Counted from the stretch's first letter, positions 41,684 to 55,075 are shown. The stretch: DNA of 64,000 bases from Octopus sinensis (GCF_006345805.1 NC_042998.1:115754001-115818000), one strand, 5' to 3'. The notes: generated from the letters alone by a model not told the origin. A program made the numbers and translations.

Positions 41684-41832
41684 CATGTGTGTTTACTTTG
41701 TAGTAAAATAGTGCTCAATATGACTTTTGAAATTCGTCGATAAGTTGTCTAGTTAGGGAAAGTGACGTTCAAAACACGGACCTAAGCTGCTTCCGATTCG
41801 ATCATGGTATATATCGACTGGTAGGAAATATA

Positions 41833-41881
<49 letters not shown>

Positions 41882-42053
41882 CGCTGGCCGAACGAACGAA
41901 CGCAAACATTGTCCGGGAGTGTCTTTCACATTAGGAGACCAACTAAGATTTTACACTTTTCAAAAATTGTATTGAGCACGTTTTATGGTTTCATAACGCA
42001 AAGAAAATATACATACATAATATACAGAAATTCTTATGCATACATACATACAT

Positions 42054-42172
<119 letters not shown>

Positions 42173-42299
42173 CACATAACGAACGTACTTAATGGGCAAA
42201 CATGTATACATATATGCGCATACATAAAAAAATACACAGACACACCTATTTTCTTATATGTTTGTATTATATATGTATATATATATATATAAAACTTAC

Positions 42300-42404
42300 T
42301 TTAGTAATGATTGACGTTGTCAGAAAGAATGCAATGATGTGGCTTAAAGTTATGACGAAGCCGATGTTGATGTATATTCCATTGGATTTTGCAGAGGTTG
42401 TCAT
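42300..42404 (-). CDS. Candidate first coding exon (35 aa, hydrophobic): MTTSAKSNGIYINIGFVITLSHIIAFFLTTSIITK
   Basis: aaaATGa start context, in-frame upstream TAA (42440-42438), non-repetitive 105-nt open frame with a signal/anchor-like stretch, ending at AAA|GTAAGT (phase 0). Confidence 0.55.
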
Positions 42405-42469
42405 TTTAAATACAGAAAAATCGAACGAAAAACTGCCTTATTTTTTCTTCATGTATTTGTCGTTCTATG

Positions 42470-42513
<44 letters not shown>

Positions 42514-42554
42514 TACAATTCTTACTACTATTATTGTTATTGTTATTATTATTA

Positions 42555-42603
<49 letters not shown>

Positions 42604-42904
42604 GTTGTTGTTGTTATTCGTTTCTTTTTCGTTCTTTTTGGTTTCTCTCTGGTTAATAATCCTCCTTGTGTTTGTTTATTTGTTACATTCTGTTTTTGTT
42701 CACCGTTCTTTCTGTCTGCTTTCCTGTCTGTCTGTCTGTCTGTCTTTCTAGTTTGATGTCAGCAGAGCGGACAGCCGTAAGGTAGTAGGGATACAGAACA
42801 TGTATTACTCCGTTCTATACGGTAGATTGGGGGGGGGGGAAAGAAACTGAAAAAAAAAGAGACTTAATAATATATACATGCATGCATACACACCCATACA
42901 CACT

Positions 42905-42937
<33 letters not shown>

Positions 42938-43409
42938 TTGTACTTATATATACGTATATAAGTGAGTACGGTATGCTGTGGATAAAAGCATGGATCTAAG
43001 CAGCAGTAGTAGTAAGGGCAATGCCAACAAGAACAACACCGGCGCCAATGCAGGAGAGTGTGGCGGCGGGGACAGAGAAGCCGGTTTGTTCACTAATAGT
43101 TATTTTTTTTGTTTTTGTGGTTGTTGTTGTTGTTGTTGCTGTTGCTCTGCTGCTGGTGATATCGGGGATGGTGATGCTAGTGATGATATCACAACAGAGT
43201 GTAATACCGGAGACCGTCTAGCAATGATGTGGTTGTTGTTGTTGTTGTTGTTGTTGTTGTTGCTGTTGTCGTTCTTCTTGCAGTTAGTAGTAGTAATAGT
43301 AGTGATGATGGTGGTAGTGCCGGTGGTGATGATAGTGTTTATGATGAGGCTGATGATGACGACAGCGGAAGCGGCGACGATGAAGATGGTGTGTGTGTGT
43401 ATGTGTGTG

Positions 43410-43495
43410 TGTGTGTGCGCGCGAAGTTATGAGTTTGTATCAGATAGGGGAGTGGGCGTGAATTAGTGATGGGATTGTTCTAGAATTGGCCCAGT
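43410..43495 (-). promoter_or_regulatory. Candidate promoter of the minus-strand gene
   Basis: On the minus strand, CCAAT (43489-43485) and CACGCCC (43460-43454) lie directly upstream of a GC-richer low-complexity island (43400-42970) that leads toward the ATG at 42404. Confidence 0.35.
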
Positions 43496-46220
43496 TTCAA
43501 AGTAACAAATAATGGTAGTGGGGGTCCTCATCAAAAGTATTCAAGCCATGACCATTCCCATTTCTTTCTAACGAATAGGATATACTGCACTCCAATACTC
43601 TAAGCCCTCTTTTTTTACGATGATAGGGTATGACATACAGATCATTTACCTACTATTTTATAGAGATCGACCGACTCCATAGACGTTGATGTTGATGGTG
43701 CTTGTTCTCACTCAGCAATGTTCGAAGATATCTATGATCAAAACAGCGAAGATCATCTTTTCTGCTTTTGCATAGTGTCGGACAAAATTCATTTCAAATT
43801 TAGCAACGGTCCTTTAGGTTCGAGTGCAAATTACAGGTGTTAACCTTTACTTTTTATTCCTACTGGGCTCGATAAAATCAAGTACCATTCAAGTACCAAA
43901 TATGATCATCTCTATTTTTGTATAGCGTGTGGGACAAAGTAGCAGCAGGTGTAATAACGATGATAATTTAGGGTTCGAGTACACATTACAAATACTTTTC
44001 GACCCGATCAGTGTTGATAAAATGAAGTGCCATTGAAGAACTGATGTCACAATAATATAAATGTAGACTTCTACTATAACATAGACCATATGAACGTAAC
44101 TTCAGCAGTCTTCTATCTCCTCATGCTTCCATAGTTCCATTCCTCCGTGAACCAAGACACCAGACTCCACCTTTATACACTCACCGTCATATCGGTGGCC
44201 ATTTATGCGTTTGTGGTGTAGAAAAATACTAGTACAATCCATAGGACTGCAGATCACGTATGAAGAAGTCATGCGAGTGACCGGGGTGTGTAATCTATAG
44301 GATATTATCACATTGAGAAGGTGGAACATGCTCGACTATGTACTATGGATACCCTCGAAGTTATCAGTGAGAACCACTCTCGAATGGAAGCCAGTGTAGG
44401 AGGCAAAGCAGACCTATCAAGAACTGAGTGAAGAGTGTGGAGCAACCCAGGACATATAAGCCTGATCGGCAAGCGTGCGACTGCGAGGGAAAGTAAAAAC
44501 TACGATTACGATTACATATCACAAAGGTTACTTGCCACTTCGTAGAAAAAGAAAGTACCGTTACAAAGACTAAGCAAGGGAACGTCTAAGTGGTTTTTCG
44601 ACCTAGAAATATGTTTGGAAATAGCATCCAAATGTTCCTTAATCACATATTCCTTAAAAAAGAAAGACAAATATAATCGACCTTCTTCCGCCTTTTCACA
44701 GTGATAATATCCTATAGGTTACATACCCCGGAGGAACTGAACTATGGAAGCGTAAGGCGAAGCCTGTCGCAGTTACATCAAGTCTCTTCATCATATCACT
44801 TTGCGAGTTTCCATCGTCAGCAATATTATTGTCCAGACACATGAATCAGCAATCTCAACAAACCGTTGAGCTGCCACTGCTGCTTCTGCTGCTGCTGAAA
44901 CCATGGCCACATCTTGTACACTCTAGATGTAATACTAAATCAATAATTCAAATCAAAATAATAATTGATAACAAACGAATGAATGAATAAATATGTAAAT
45001 AAATAAATAATGGTATCGGAAATTGACCAATATGGAGGGTCACATACACGACATTTAGGTTAAGAGTGCGATGCTGTAATCAAATAATCTCTTCGAATTC
45101 TTGTTGTTTTTCGTTGTTTAGCCATGATTCGGGCTTGAAAATGAATAAACACGACTCCATTATACAATGTAACTTTGCTTGAATACGAGGGCAGGGATTT
45201 CTAGCAGGTTGACGAGACGCAGAGAGTTTTCTTTGTGGTGCTGCTGTAGTATGTAGTTTTGTCGTCCAGTTAATAAATACTAACATTTATTCATTTTACA
45301 TATATCTATATAAATGTACGCACGCGTGCATACTCACAGAAACACACACATGCGCGCACGCACATAAACACACATACACGCACGCGCGAGCACGCTCACA
45401 TATACACAGGCAACATATTATCCTTCACTTTTCTACGCTTGTTCAGTCTCATCTTGAATACTGCTCTCCATTGTGCTCTCTCTGTACGTAACAGGACATT
45501 ACGAGGCTTGAAGCATCAAGAAAAACAAAATATAAATAAACTAAAAAACGCGGTAAAAGTCATTGTAGGCTTTCATTATCGGGATCATCTCCAAAATCCA
45601 TTCGGTCGAACAGCACCGACAATGCAACATCATTTGTCCAACGTAGTTAATATAGCATGTTCCAAACATTGTCGGTGTCAAGTTCACAAATTAGCCCTCG
45701 CAAAATATCTGCTATGTTCTCTAAAATTTGATCCTTACATTATCCACCATTGCGTCACAGCTGTTTTTCTTTTACCCCCAATGGTTCTACTTTATTCGAC
45801 ATCACCATTCAAACGCTTTGAAGAAATACCAGCAAATCACAGACATCCAAATATATTTGACAAGCGACAATTCGCAACACGAGTGCGCTATTATGATTCA
45901 AAATATGACTTAAAGACTATTCCATGTAGTGCTAATAAATTAGACATGGCCTAGTACAGTAGCAGACAAAAACTAAGTTATCACACACACACCCACACAC
46001 ACATGCTTGCATGTATGTATATTTATCAAAAACTACGTCGTCTAATGCTTATTGCTTTACTTAAGATGGCATTTTAAATTTTGTTTGGGATTCGGCTACT
46101 CCTGTCAATTTGCGTTGTAATTTGTTAATGAAGATGAAACACAGTACGAATGGGGAAGCAACGACTGTCGGGCGCTACGATCGAATTTTGGCGGTGGTGA
46201 CACACAACTAGCTGGTTAAG

Positions 46221-46638
46221 AGCGGCGAGCTGGCAGAAACGTTAGCAACGCCGGGCGAAATGCTTAGCGGTATTTCGTCTGCCGTTACGTTCTGAGTTCA
46301 AATTCCGCCGAGGTCGACTTTGCTTTCATCATTTCGGGGTCGATTAAATAAGTACCAGTTACGCAGTGGAGTCGATATAATCGACATAATCCGTTTGTCT
46401 GACCTTGTTTGTCCCCGCTGTGTTTAGCCCCTTGTGGTTAGTAAAGAAATAGGTATTTCGTCTGCCGCTACGTTCCGAGTTCAAATTACACCGAAGGCGA
46501 CTTTGCCTTTCATCATTTCGGGGTCGATTAAATAAGTACCAGTTACACACTGGAGTCGATATAATCGACTTAATCCGTTTATCTGTCCTTGTTTGTCCTC
46601 TCTGTGTTTAGCCCCTTGTGGGTAGTAAAGAAATAGGT
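46221..46638 (+). mobile_element. Young SINE family A with a 183-bp internal tandem duplication; 9-bp TSD
   Basis: One tRNA-like head followed by two bodies starting ggtatttcgtctgccg (46269 and 46452). ggttaagag occurs at 46214-46222 and 46636-46644. Confidence 0.9.
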
Positions 46639-48124
46639 TAAGAGATGATCTGGAGCCACCGCGAAAAGGAAGTTGATGGAGGTCTATATATGTGCATGTG
46701 TGATTTTGCATGTGTGTAATTATATCCATAGGGTTGTGTATATGTATATAATTGAATGAGCGAAAGCAAAAAAAAAAAAAAAATGCAACACGTAAATGAA
46801 CCAGAGGTAGTAAGGCAATTGCTGAGCGCAGTGCTGAGAAATAATCAGACTGTGAAATATTTTTGTATTTAAAAAAAAATTGTCTTTGTATCAACTACTA
46901 AAATGTAATCTTGCAATATATTTACAATCTTGAGTGTTTTTTTATATAACCAATAAAATTGAGTTGAAAACAAGTCTAGTATAATTGACTGGAATCGATC
47001 TAAACTACTCAAATGATTTATCGAAATCGACAGAATGGCCTATAACTCACACCACCACCATGACCATATGATTCTTAGTTTCGTAAAGAAAAATAATTTC
47101 CCCTAATAAACAACATTCATCCTTTCAACTCTTTCATGCTCTGTCTCTCCCTTCCCTCTAGTTTTATTCTCGTGGCCTTTCTCACACACTGGCTCACATA
47201 AATTCCCTTATACCCCTCTATTTATTAACCTCCCAATTTATTTTGCTGCAGACACTGAATCACATTCAAACATAATATGCCTAATATTGATTGAATATTT
47301 TTAATAAGTGTGTATGAGTGTGGCTACATAAGTGCAGCTATTGATTGGCAAAATATATAAATGAGAAAACAAAAAAACAAGGAAAAACAAACAAGAAAAC
47401 TAGAAAAAAAACATAAACAAAAACGGAAAAGGAAAGAAGTTCAAAATAAACTTGTTGAACGAAATTCTGAAATAACCCCGAAGTTAAGTTCGTATACCAC
47501 TAATTAAACTGTTATTTAAAAAAAAATATCCGAGATAATTGCACTTTTCAGTAGCTATTTCTTTTTTATATATATAATATAAAAGAATACAAAGTCGCTT
47601 ATTAAGTGAAACGTACTTTTAAATTAGACGCATATTCCGATATATTATATTTTGCTTTGTTATATATCAGTCATTAAGAAAATATTCAATGATTATGCTT
47701 GCTGACTGATCTTACTAAATTTATCACCGAGACAAATTGGTTCGCCACTGAAGTTAATTAGCTGAGAATAGCTAAAACCTGTCTCAGTCCATTTTATTTC
47801 CGAAGCATTTTTTGAATAAATCTTATTAGCACTCACTAAAGGTTACTTTTTTTTAGTACTCTTCCCCACAGTCTGTATTTTTTTCTTTAGATTGTTGTCT
47901 GCTTTTCTTTCGTCTTAAGTTTAGAAATGTTAAATGATGAATAACATTTCACTGGTATGAATAACATTTCACAAGTTGTTCGAAAATATCATATGATACT
48001 TTTTTTAATTATCACTATTTAAACCATCATCGTTGTTATCATTGAGCCAATGAGGAAACCACCATGCTGTGTCATTTAACATCCAAGAAACAGCAGTAAA
48101 AGTAGAATGCACTTTGCGACGTAT

Positions 48125-48170
<46 letters not shown>

Positions 48171-48305
48171 CACATTTGTTCATGGGAAACGTTTTAAATA
48201 TGCAAATAATGCTCCCAGTCGATTATGTCGGCCACGGTCTAATGATGCTGACTAGTGAGACAGTTTTTCGGGGTTGCATATAAATTTGTACCGTTATAAC
48301 GTAGC

Positions 48306-48375
<70 letters not shown>

Positions 48376-48378
<3 letters not shown>

Positions 48379-48738
48379 CCTTCGATGGAATTTGTAAACA
48401 TTTCATGCATTGCTACGCACGTTTCCACAAACCACTTGACTCACAAGATCATAGTCCGTATTCCTGAGATGATTACAGTGTAGTCCATAATATCCACGGG
48501 CATCCGGTTGATCATCATCATTTCTTCATTTCTTCAGACGATATAACATTAGTGGAAGTACAACAGAGGGATTTTTATTTCCTTTTTACCAGTATGCAGG
48601 TTAAGTGAGTTATGACCTTTTATCCCTTGTTACCAGTAAGAAGATCAAATGAATACGGATTGTGATTTTGTGGGCCATGTGATTTGTGGAAACGCGCATA
48701 GTGATGCATTAAATACTTATAAATTTCGTCGAATGATT
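48376..48738. mobile_element. Old MITE/foldback-like element with ~88-bp terminal inverted repeats
   Basis: 48376-48463 aligns without gaps to the reverse complement of 48651-48738, with mostly transition mismatches. Confidence 0.7.
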
Positions 48739-49954
48739 GTTGTTATTTGATATATATATATATTGTTTCCAATAAAACTCGACATAAAAACCAACATTAA
48801 TATCGATCAATTCCGAAAAAAGAAAACCATATTCTTTCCTAGTAGCATTACACTTGCATTTTCGCATATGTATCAATTCTGTCGTATAGCCGCAAAGTTT
48901 TCTATGTATACCAATACTTCTGTCGTGTTTTTATATTTACCTTTACGATATTGACTTTGCGTTTTTCGTGTTATGTTTCCCGATTTCCTTATAACAGAAG
49001 ATCCCATCTTTTTTATACTCGTCTCACTCGGTCCTTTCTTTTCACTCATTCATACCTCAGCAACGTTTTTCTGTTGACGCCACCAAATTTAAGAACATTA
49101 TTGATAAGGCGTCGAAATGTAATGATTTTTTTATCGATAGCTGATGAGGAGTATGTGTGTACACATCCTTTGTATGTTTTTCCTATTTCGCGTATGTTTC
49201 TCCGTCGCCCCCCTGTGCAACATTTTACCAATATATATTCATATATGTACTAACATGCATAGACACATATATACACATATATACATATATGCATAGACAT
49301 AAATATTGACAGGTATGTATATATGTGTATGTGCGTATGTATACAAGATTAGAAGATAAGAATGGTCATGGCTGCCATGTTTTGTGTAAGTTTTATCAGA
49401 AACTTGCTGGATAGTGGATGACCTGGTGTTGTACAACAATATCCATTGCCAACATTGTTATCATTCCCATCAACGCCATCACATGCAATGGCAAATGGGG
49501 GTGGGAGTGAATGATGTAGATGATGATAAAGATAATAGTCTATCACCACCAATATCATCATCACCATCACCATCACCGACATCATCATCATCACGATAAG
49601 GCATATTATTATCTAATTAAGTCATTCGTTTTTCACTCTACCTATCATTATCGGTTTTAATTTGTTAATATTTTAAAAGGAATTAGTTTATCATATCTTA
49701 CAATTAGAGTGTACTGGTTTAACAACAGGTACTTAAGCATACGTTCGCGCGCGCACTTACTCACTTGCATACTCACTCACTCGCGCACACACATATACAC
49801 ATTCAATCATTCACATACGTACACACACTAACTCACTCACTCACATACACACACACACTCTCTCTCTCTCACACACATACACCCGCATGCACACATATAC
49901 TTTCATACATACTTACAGACACACCTAATCACACAGACACACGCATACATATAT

Positions 49955-50022
<68 letters not shown>

Positions 50023-51244
50023 AATATACATATGTGTGTATGTATGTGTGTATGTGCGTGTGTATGTGTGTGTGTGTGTGTGTGTAGTTGTTAGGCTTTG
50101 ACTTTCTGAATTCTTTCCTAATCACCTCTCGTCAATAGAGAGCTCATGAAGTGGGTGATGTTTTCCGTTAGAAATTAAGATTATAGTCGAAACCATTCTA
50201 CCAAATATTTCTATTCTAAATTCTTGCATGATAATCAGAGACAACAGGATTAGAATAATCAAAATTTAATTAAAATATCCTCATAATTAAAAACATTAAT
50301 AATTGAAAACCCCAACACGAATAAATAAATGAATGAATAAATAAATAAGTAAATAATCTGCTATAAGTTAATTAGATTCGTAGCTAATGTGAGTCAGATT
50401 TTTGGCAGATTGGGGTGTACTGGGTGATTTTTTTTTCATCAGATGAAATTCGTAAGTCGTCTATTTAAACTTTTTTTTTCTTCCGTTCTTAGATTTCCCG
50501 AGGTTTTGAAATACGAGGCAATCTCTCTGTCTCGTTCTCCACTTAGATCTAGTGACATAGAATTATTAGATTTTTTAAATTTTGTTTAAAAGCACAGGAA
50601 GTGGTTTGTGTGCGAAACTGTGGGTGCGAATTTTCTGCACTTCGTCAAGTTCTCCATTATCTTTTTCACAAGTCTATGCATGTTTAAAATAGATCACCTA
50701 TGTCACTTCTAGGACATTTAACATGCAGCTAGTCTGCAATTTGAATAATTCTTTCGATTTCATTCATTATGATAGCTTCAGATTTTTGAAATCCTTAGAA
50801 GCTGTGAGCTACATGTCTCGCATAGTCTTCCCTGAAATGCTGTTCCCAGCAAGTTTCTTGCATTTAAAACATGAAAATATTCACAACATTCTTTAAGAGA
50901 AGGACCATCTACATATCCTGATTCTAATAAGAACTTCAAATGTTTCTTCACAAATGATGAGCTTTAAAAGTTGTAATATCCAATCCAAAGGCTGCAAGAA
51001 TGAGTTCTTGGTGTAAAAGATATTTTCAACGTTTGAATGGTGAGATGGCAGCGAAATTGGTTGCTCTAGAATTAAAATACATAGAAAATAATTTTGTTTG
51101 ATCTGAAAACATTTTTTTATTTCAGAGAACAAAAATTGAGAACACCAATTTTCAAACTGAAAAGCTGTAAACTAAGCCATTTAATGGATTTTCATGTAAT
51201 TAGGATATATAAGGGTAATTGTTTTGTATTTGCCTGTAAACCCA

Positions 51245-51390
51245 GGAACAAGTGCATACATGACTGTGTAGTTAAGAAACTCGCATTGTTTCTGGTTCAA
51301 TCCCAATACATGGTTCCTTTGGCAGGTGCCTCTGACTAAAGAGTGAATTGAGTGAATTTGGTAGACAGAAACTTTTAGGAAACCCGTTGT
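51245..51390 (+). mobile_element. Degenerate SINE family B head, followed by (TATC)n/(TGTC)n
   Basis: gactgtgtagttaagaaactcgc..gagtgaatttggtagacagaaact. Confidence 0.55.
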
Positions 51391-51403
51391 ACGTACCTAT
51401 CTG

Positions 51404-51478
<75 letters not shown>

Positions 51479-52536
51479 CTGTCTGTCTGTCTGTCTGTCT
51501 GTCTGTTAGTCTATCTGTCTGTCTGTCTGTTAGTCTATCTGTCTGTCTGTCTGCCTATCTGTCCGTCTGTTAGTCTATCTGTCTGTCTACTTGCATGTAT
51601 ATTTTCATCATGTTGAACCGTTAATTCTTACAAATATTTTTCTCTATTTTTTTCGTTTTCACTCCATTTTCCCCCTCTGAAGTCTTGCTGTCGAAGAGCG
51701 TAGGCTCGGGACCCCATTTACTTTTTCCATTCTTCCTGAGCGTTAAACTAATACACCTGCTTGATTTCCCTCATCTGTCTTCGTCTTTGGGTTTTTGTAA
51801 ATTTAAACTATGTATGTATGTATGTATGTATATATATACATATACATACATACATATATATATATAAACATATTTGTGTCAATTTGAGTTTACGTTTCTC
51901 CTCCACCATCTCTTGTCAACCGTTGTTGGTTTGTTTATGCCCCTGTAATTTAGTACGGTAGTAATGTATGATAAAATAATTACTGCCACAGTCTAGTGAC
52001 TGAAATATCAACGATAAAAGATAGGTGAACAGTTGCTTGAATTGGTAGTTTTCACTTGCATTCTATTATTTCGAAATCTTAAGTCCAGACACTAAAAAGT
52101 TTTCTTCCACAATATAGTCTCGTATTGACATTTCCTTTCACAAGACTTGTGTCTCGTTCACACTGAGGACGTGATCTGACAAATAATTTTTCTCTTCAAT
52201 AATTTCTTTGCAGTTTATTTTTTGTCGATTAGAATTACAAAATTGGACGAGCAGTTTTACCAAATTGCAACACTAATTCATGCTGTTAAAAATCTTCTCA
52301 GACTGAAGAATGCGGCTACTGCTTTAGTCTGTGCACAAAGAGATTTCATGCAATGCACATTCTTAACACTATGGAAATACTTCCCTCTCAAATATAAATC
52401 ATAGATAATCTGAACGGTTATAATTTTATACCATAGTTCTAAAGTTATGAATTTTCTTATTTCTTATGTATCTGACAATGTATCATGTTAAGTAAAAGAA
52501 AAGACAAAAACAAACGACAAAAATTATACAGAAAAG

Positions 52537-52606
<70 letters not shown>

Positions 52607-52609
52607 GAA

Positions 52610-53190
52610 ACAGACTTCGGGTTGGCTTACGTCGGTAAAACAAATTATTTAATAAAATCGGCAAAATGAGTTCAATAGCATTGCCGTTGCGAGTGGAAAA
52701 TCCAACATTCCTGACAGATCCTTCTTTGGGGAAAATTGCATAACGGAAATAAAAAAAAAAACGGCAGAGTTTTATTTACTCTAAGTTAGGAAAACGGGCT
52801 GCATTAGGTGGATATGAAATAGTGGGAGAGAGAGAAACTTGGTGAGAGAGGTTAAGAGAAGAGGAATGGAAATCAGAAAGTGTATGTCGTGAAGGCAAAA
52901 GATGAAGTGAGAGGGAACTTGAAGGATAAGAAAGATTATATAATTAAGGGATGGTGTGGTAGAAGGAAAACAGTTGAAATCAGACGGTAACACCCGTCGG
53001 TGGTTTGGTACAAAGCTCGAATATGAGCATTGTTCTCTCCATTTGTTGGAGATCCATTGTGTGTGGGGATACCACAAGCCGATAACCGAGTGATGGAATG
53101 GTTGGTTGTGTTGAAACAGGTGGCGAATGGTTGGTCTGGAATATGTAGCAGAGTTCTTCAAATGTGGTCCCGAAAATGACTCTTTCTTTG
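52610..53190 (-). mobile_element. Inverted 3' piece of a Penelope-like element (GIY-YIG C-terminus + pyrimidine-rich 3' UTR)
   Basis: FRDHI*..PDQPFATCFNTTNHSITRLSACGI..RE../MLIFELCTKPPTGV matches the PLE pattern RF.EH..PVA.HFN..H...L.V.G..RE..LIF.L.T..P.G.N. Confidence 0.7.
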
Positions 53191-53204
53191 TCATGATAAA
53201 TAAT

Positions 53205-54040
53205 ACTAAATCTGCCATATCATTTTCTCAATTATTTCGCCTCCACTGGCTCTGCAGCACTGATTCGGATTTTGAAACACAGCGCAAAAGAATGCAATAA
53301 TTCTGTTCAAATCGAGAATAACCTCGATCCGTTTTGTTCCCTGCACCACACCGAGACCAGATCATTGACTATGCCACTGCTCTTCTACTCTTTTTATGCA
53401 CGCCTTAAGAGCGTATTGTATTCTCTCACCTTCCACTCATGCGTCCTTCCAGTGAAAGATAAATCCATCTGCAACTTCCACATTCTACTTTCTGATTACA
53501 CAACCGCTTCAATATTTTTCACAACTCTCGCTATCTTCAAAAACATACGAACCTTTTGATCATTACGACTTTTGATTTATCTAGGTTAGGCACTCATATC
53601 CATACATACGCTGTCTTTCGGACACTACATTACTTCTAATTACTTAGTTGCTAGATGTCTGCTACTGTCTACATACATATAATTCTCGTTAGAGGCTTTA
53701 GAAAATATATACATTGGGATCAAATTCACAACCACTCGTTCGTTAGACTACATTCTTCATCAGAGAATTATACCTATTTATACTACAAGGGGCTAAACAT
53801 AGAGGGGACAAACAAGGACAGACATAGGTATTAAGTCGATTATATCGACCCCAGTGCGTAATTGGTACGTATTTAATCGACCCCGAAAGGATGAAAAGCA
53901 AAGTCGACCTCGGCGGAATTTGAATTCACAGCGTAACGGTAGACGAAATGCCGCAAAGCATTTCGCCCGGCGTGCTAACCATCTTGCCAGCTCGCCGCCT
54001 TCCAGAGAATTATACCTATGTGAATTAGCTGTCGTGCACC
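53205..54040 (+). mobile_element. Penelope-like element body (RT thumb/linker to start of GIY-YIG), interrupted by a SINE
   Basis: SAISFSQLFRLHWLCSTDSDFETQRKRM resembles the PLE motif SIPFSQFLRLRRICS..DF. SENYTYV/ISC lies across the SINE insertion. Confidence 0.7.
53782..54000 (-). mobile_element. Young full-length SINE family A with a 17-bp TSD
   Basis: TSD cagagaattatacctat at 53761-53777 and 54003-54019. Body matches 46221-46450. Confidence 0.92.
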
Positions 54041-54099
54041 TTCGACCAAGACACCCAGCTTAGCACAATGCTCAATACCATAGGAATAAGGCACAAACG

Positions 54100-54173
<74 letters not shown>

Positions 54174-54349
54174 TACACACACACACACAGAGACACACAC
54201 GCGCGCACATACACACATTCCCACATACGTATGTACTCAAACACACGCACACGCTACACACGACTCACTAGATGAAAGAACAGTAATACAATTTGAAATC
54301 AAATCGAAATATAGCTATCTAAAACTTCGTCAGTCTGTAATATTTCTGC

Positions 54350-54465
54350 AAGTACGCAATATCCGAGATTTCGAATATCTGGTATTATTCTTTAAGTACG
54401 CAATATCCGAGACTTCAAATAACTGGAATTATTCTGTAAGTACGCAATATCCTGACTTTGAAACA
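54350..54465. repeat. 44-bp minisatellite, ~2.6 units
   Basis: aagtacgcaatatcc at 54350, 54394 and 54438, with similar sequence between. Confidence 0.9.
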
Positions 54466-54624
54466 TTCGATATTGGATGCGAAAATGACTGTTCTTATTC
54501 ATTTCAACATAAAACAACGATTTAGCTTTAGATTTCTGCAACCGCATAGTTTACAATAATCTCTTTAAAGAAGAAACAATTGCTAGAATTTACCCATCCA
54601 TCCATCCATCCATCCATCCATCCA

Positions 54625-54679
<55 letters not shown>

Positions 54680-54791
54680 ACTCTATCTCTCTTTATATAT
54701 ATGCATATATATATATAAAATCAAAATAAACAACAAGGATATCCAGAGGTAGTGCAGTACGATCAGTCGCTTCATGCAACTCAAATATAGT

Positions 54792-55075
54792 GAGGCGCAT
54801 GGCTTAGTGGTTAGGATGTTGCACTCACCATCGAGAGATCGTCATTTCAATTCCCAGACCGGGTGGTGTGATGTGTTCTTGAGCAAACCACTTCGTCCCA
54901 TGTTGCTCTGCGTTCACTTCGACACCTGATGCGTGCACATGTTCAGACAATATCAATTTCATGGTGTATATGGGTTATGTACGCTACGAATATTTGATCA
55001 TTACAAACAAACATTTGTTCAGGTCGTTCGGCAAATCGCTGAACGCTCATACGTCGTCAATGACGAGAGAGTCCC
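54792..55075 (+). mobile_element. SINE family C
   Basis: gaggcgcatggcttagtggttagg (A-box)..ttcaattccc (B-box-like)..gtgttcttgagcaaaccactt. Confidence 0.75.

Noticed and set aside
42978-43466. 162-aa plus-strand ORF, and GPI/TM-like translations on the minus strand
   Set aside because: Trinucleotide low-complexity sequence. The minus frames lack an ATG or a credible acceptor, so it is better explained as a leader region.
45439-45954. 171-aa ORF in non-repetitive sequence
   Set aside because: Non-ATG start, no recognisable motif and no supporting splice signals noted. A BLASTP hit would change this.
50400-50900. Possible Tc1/mariner remnant (SDEKK-like string, minus strand)
   Set aside because: Too decayed to support from sequence alone.
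54350-54465. Regularly spaced 15-bp motif resembling a CRISPR array
   Set aside because: The spacers resemble one another (44-bp tandem unit), there are only ~3 units, the context is eukaryotic, and there are no cas genes.
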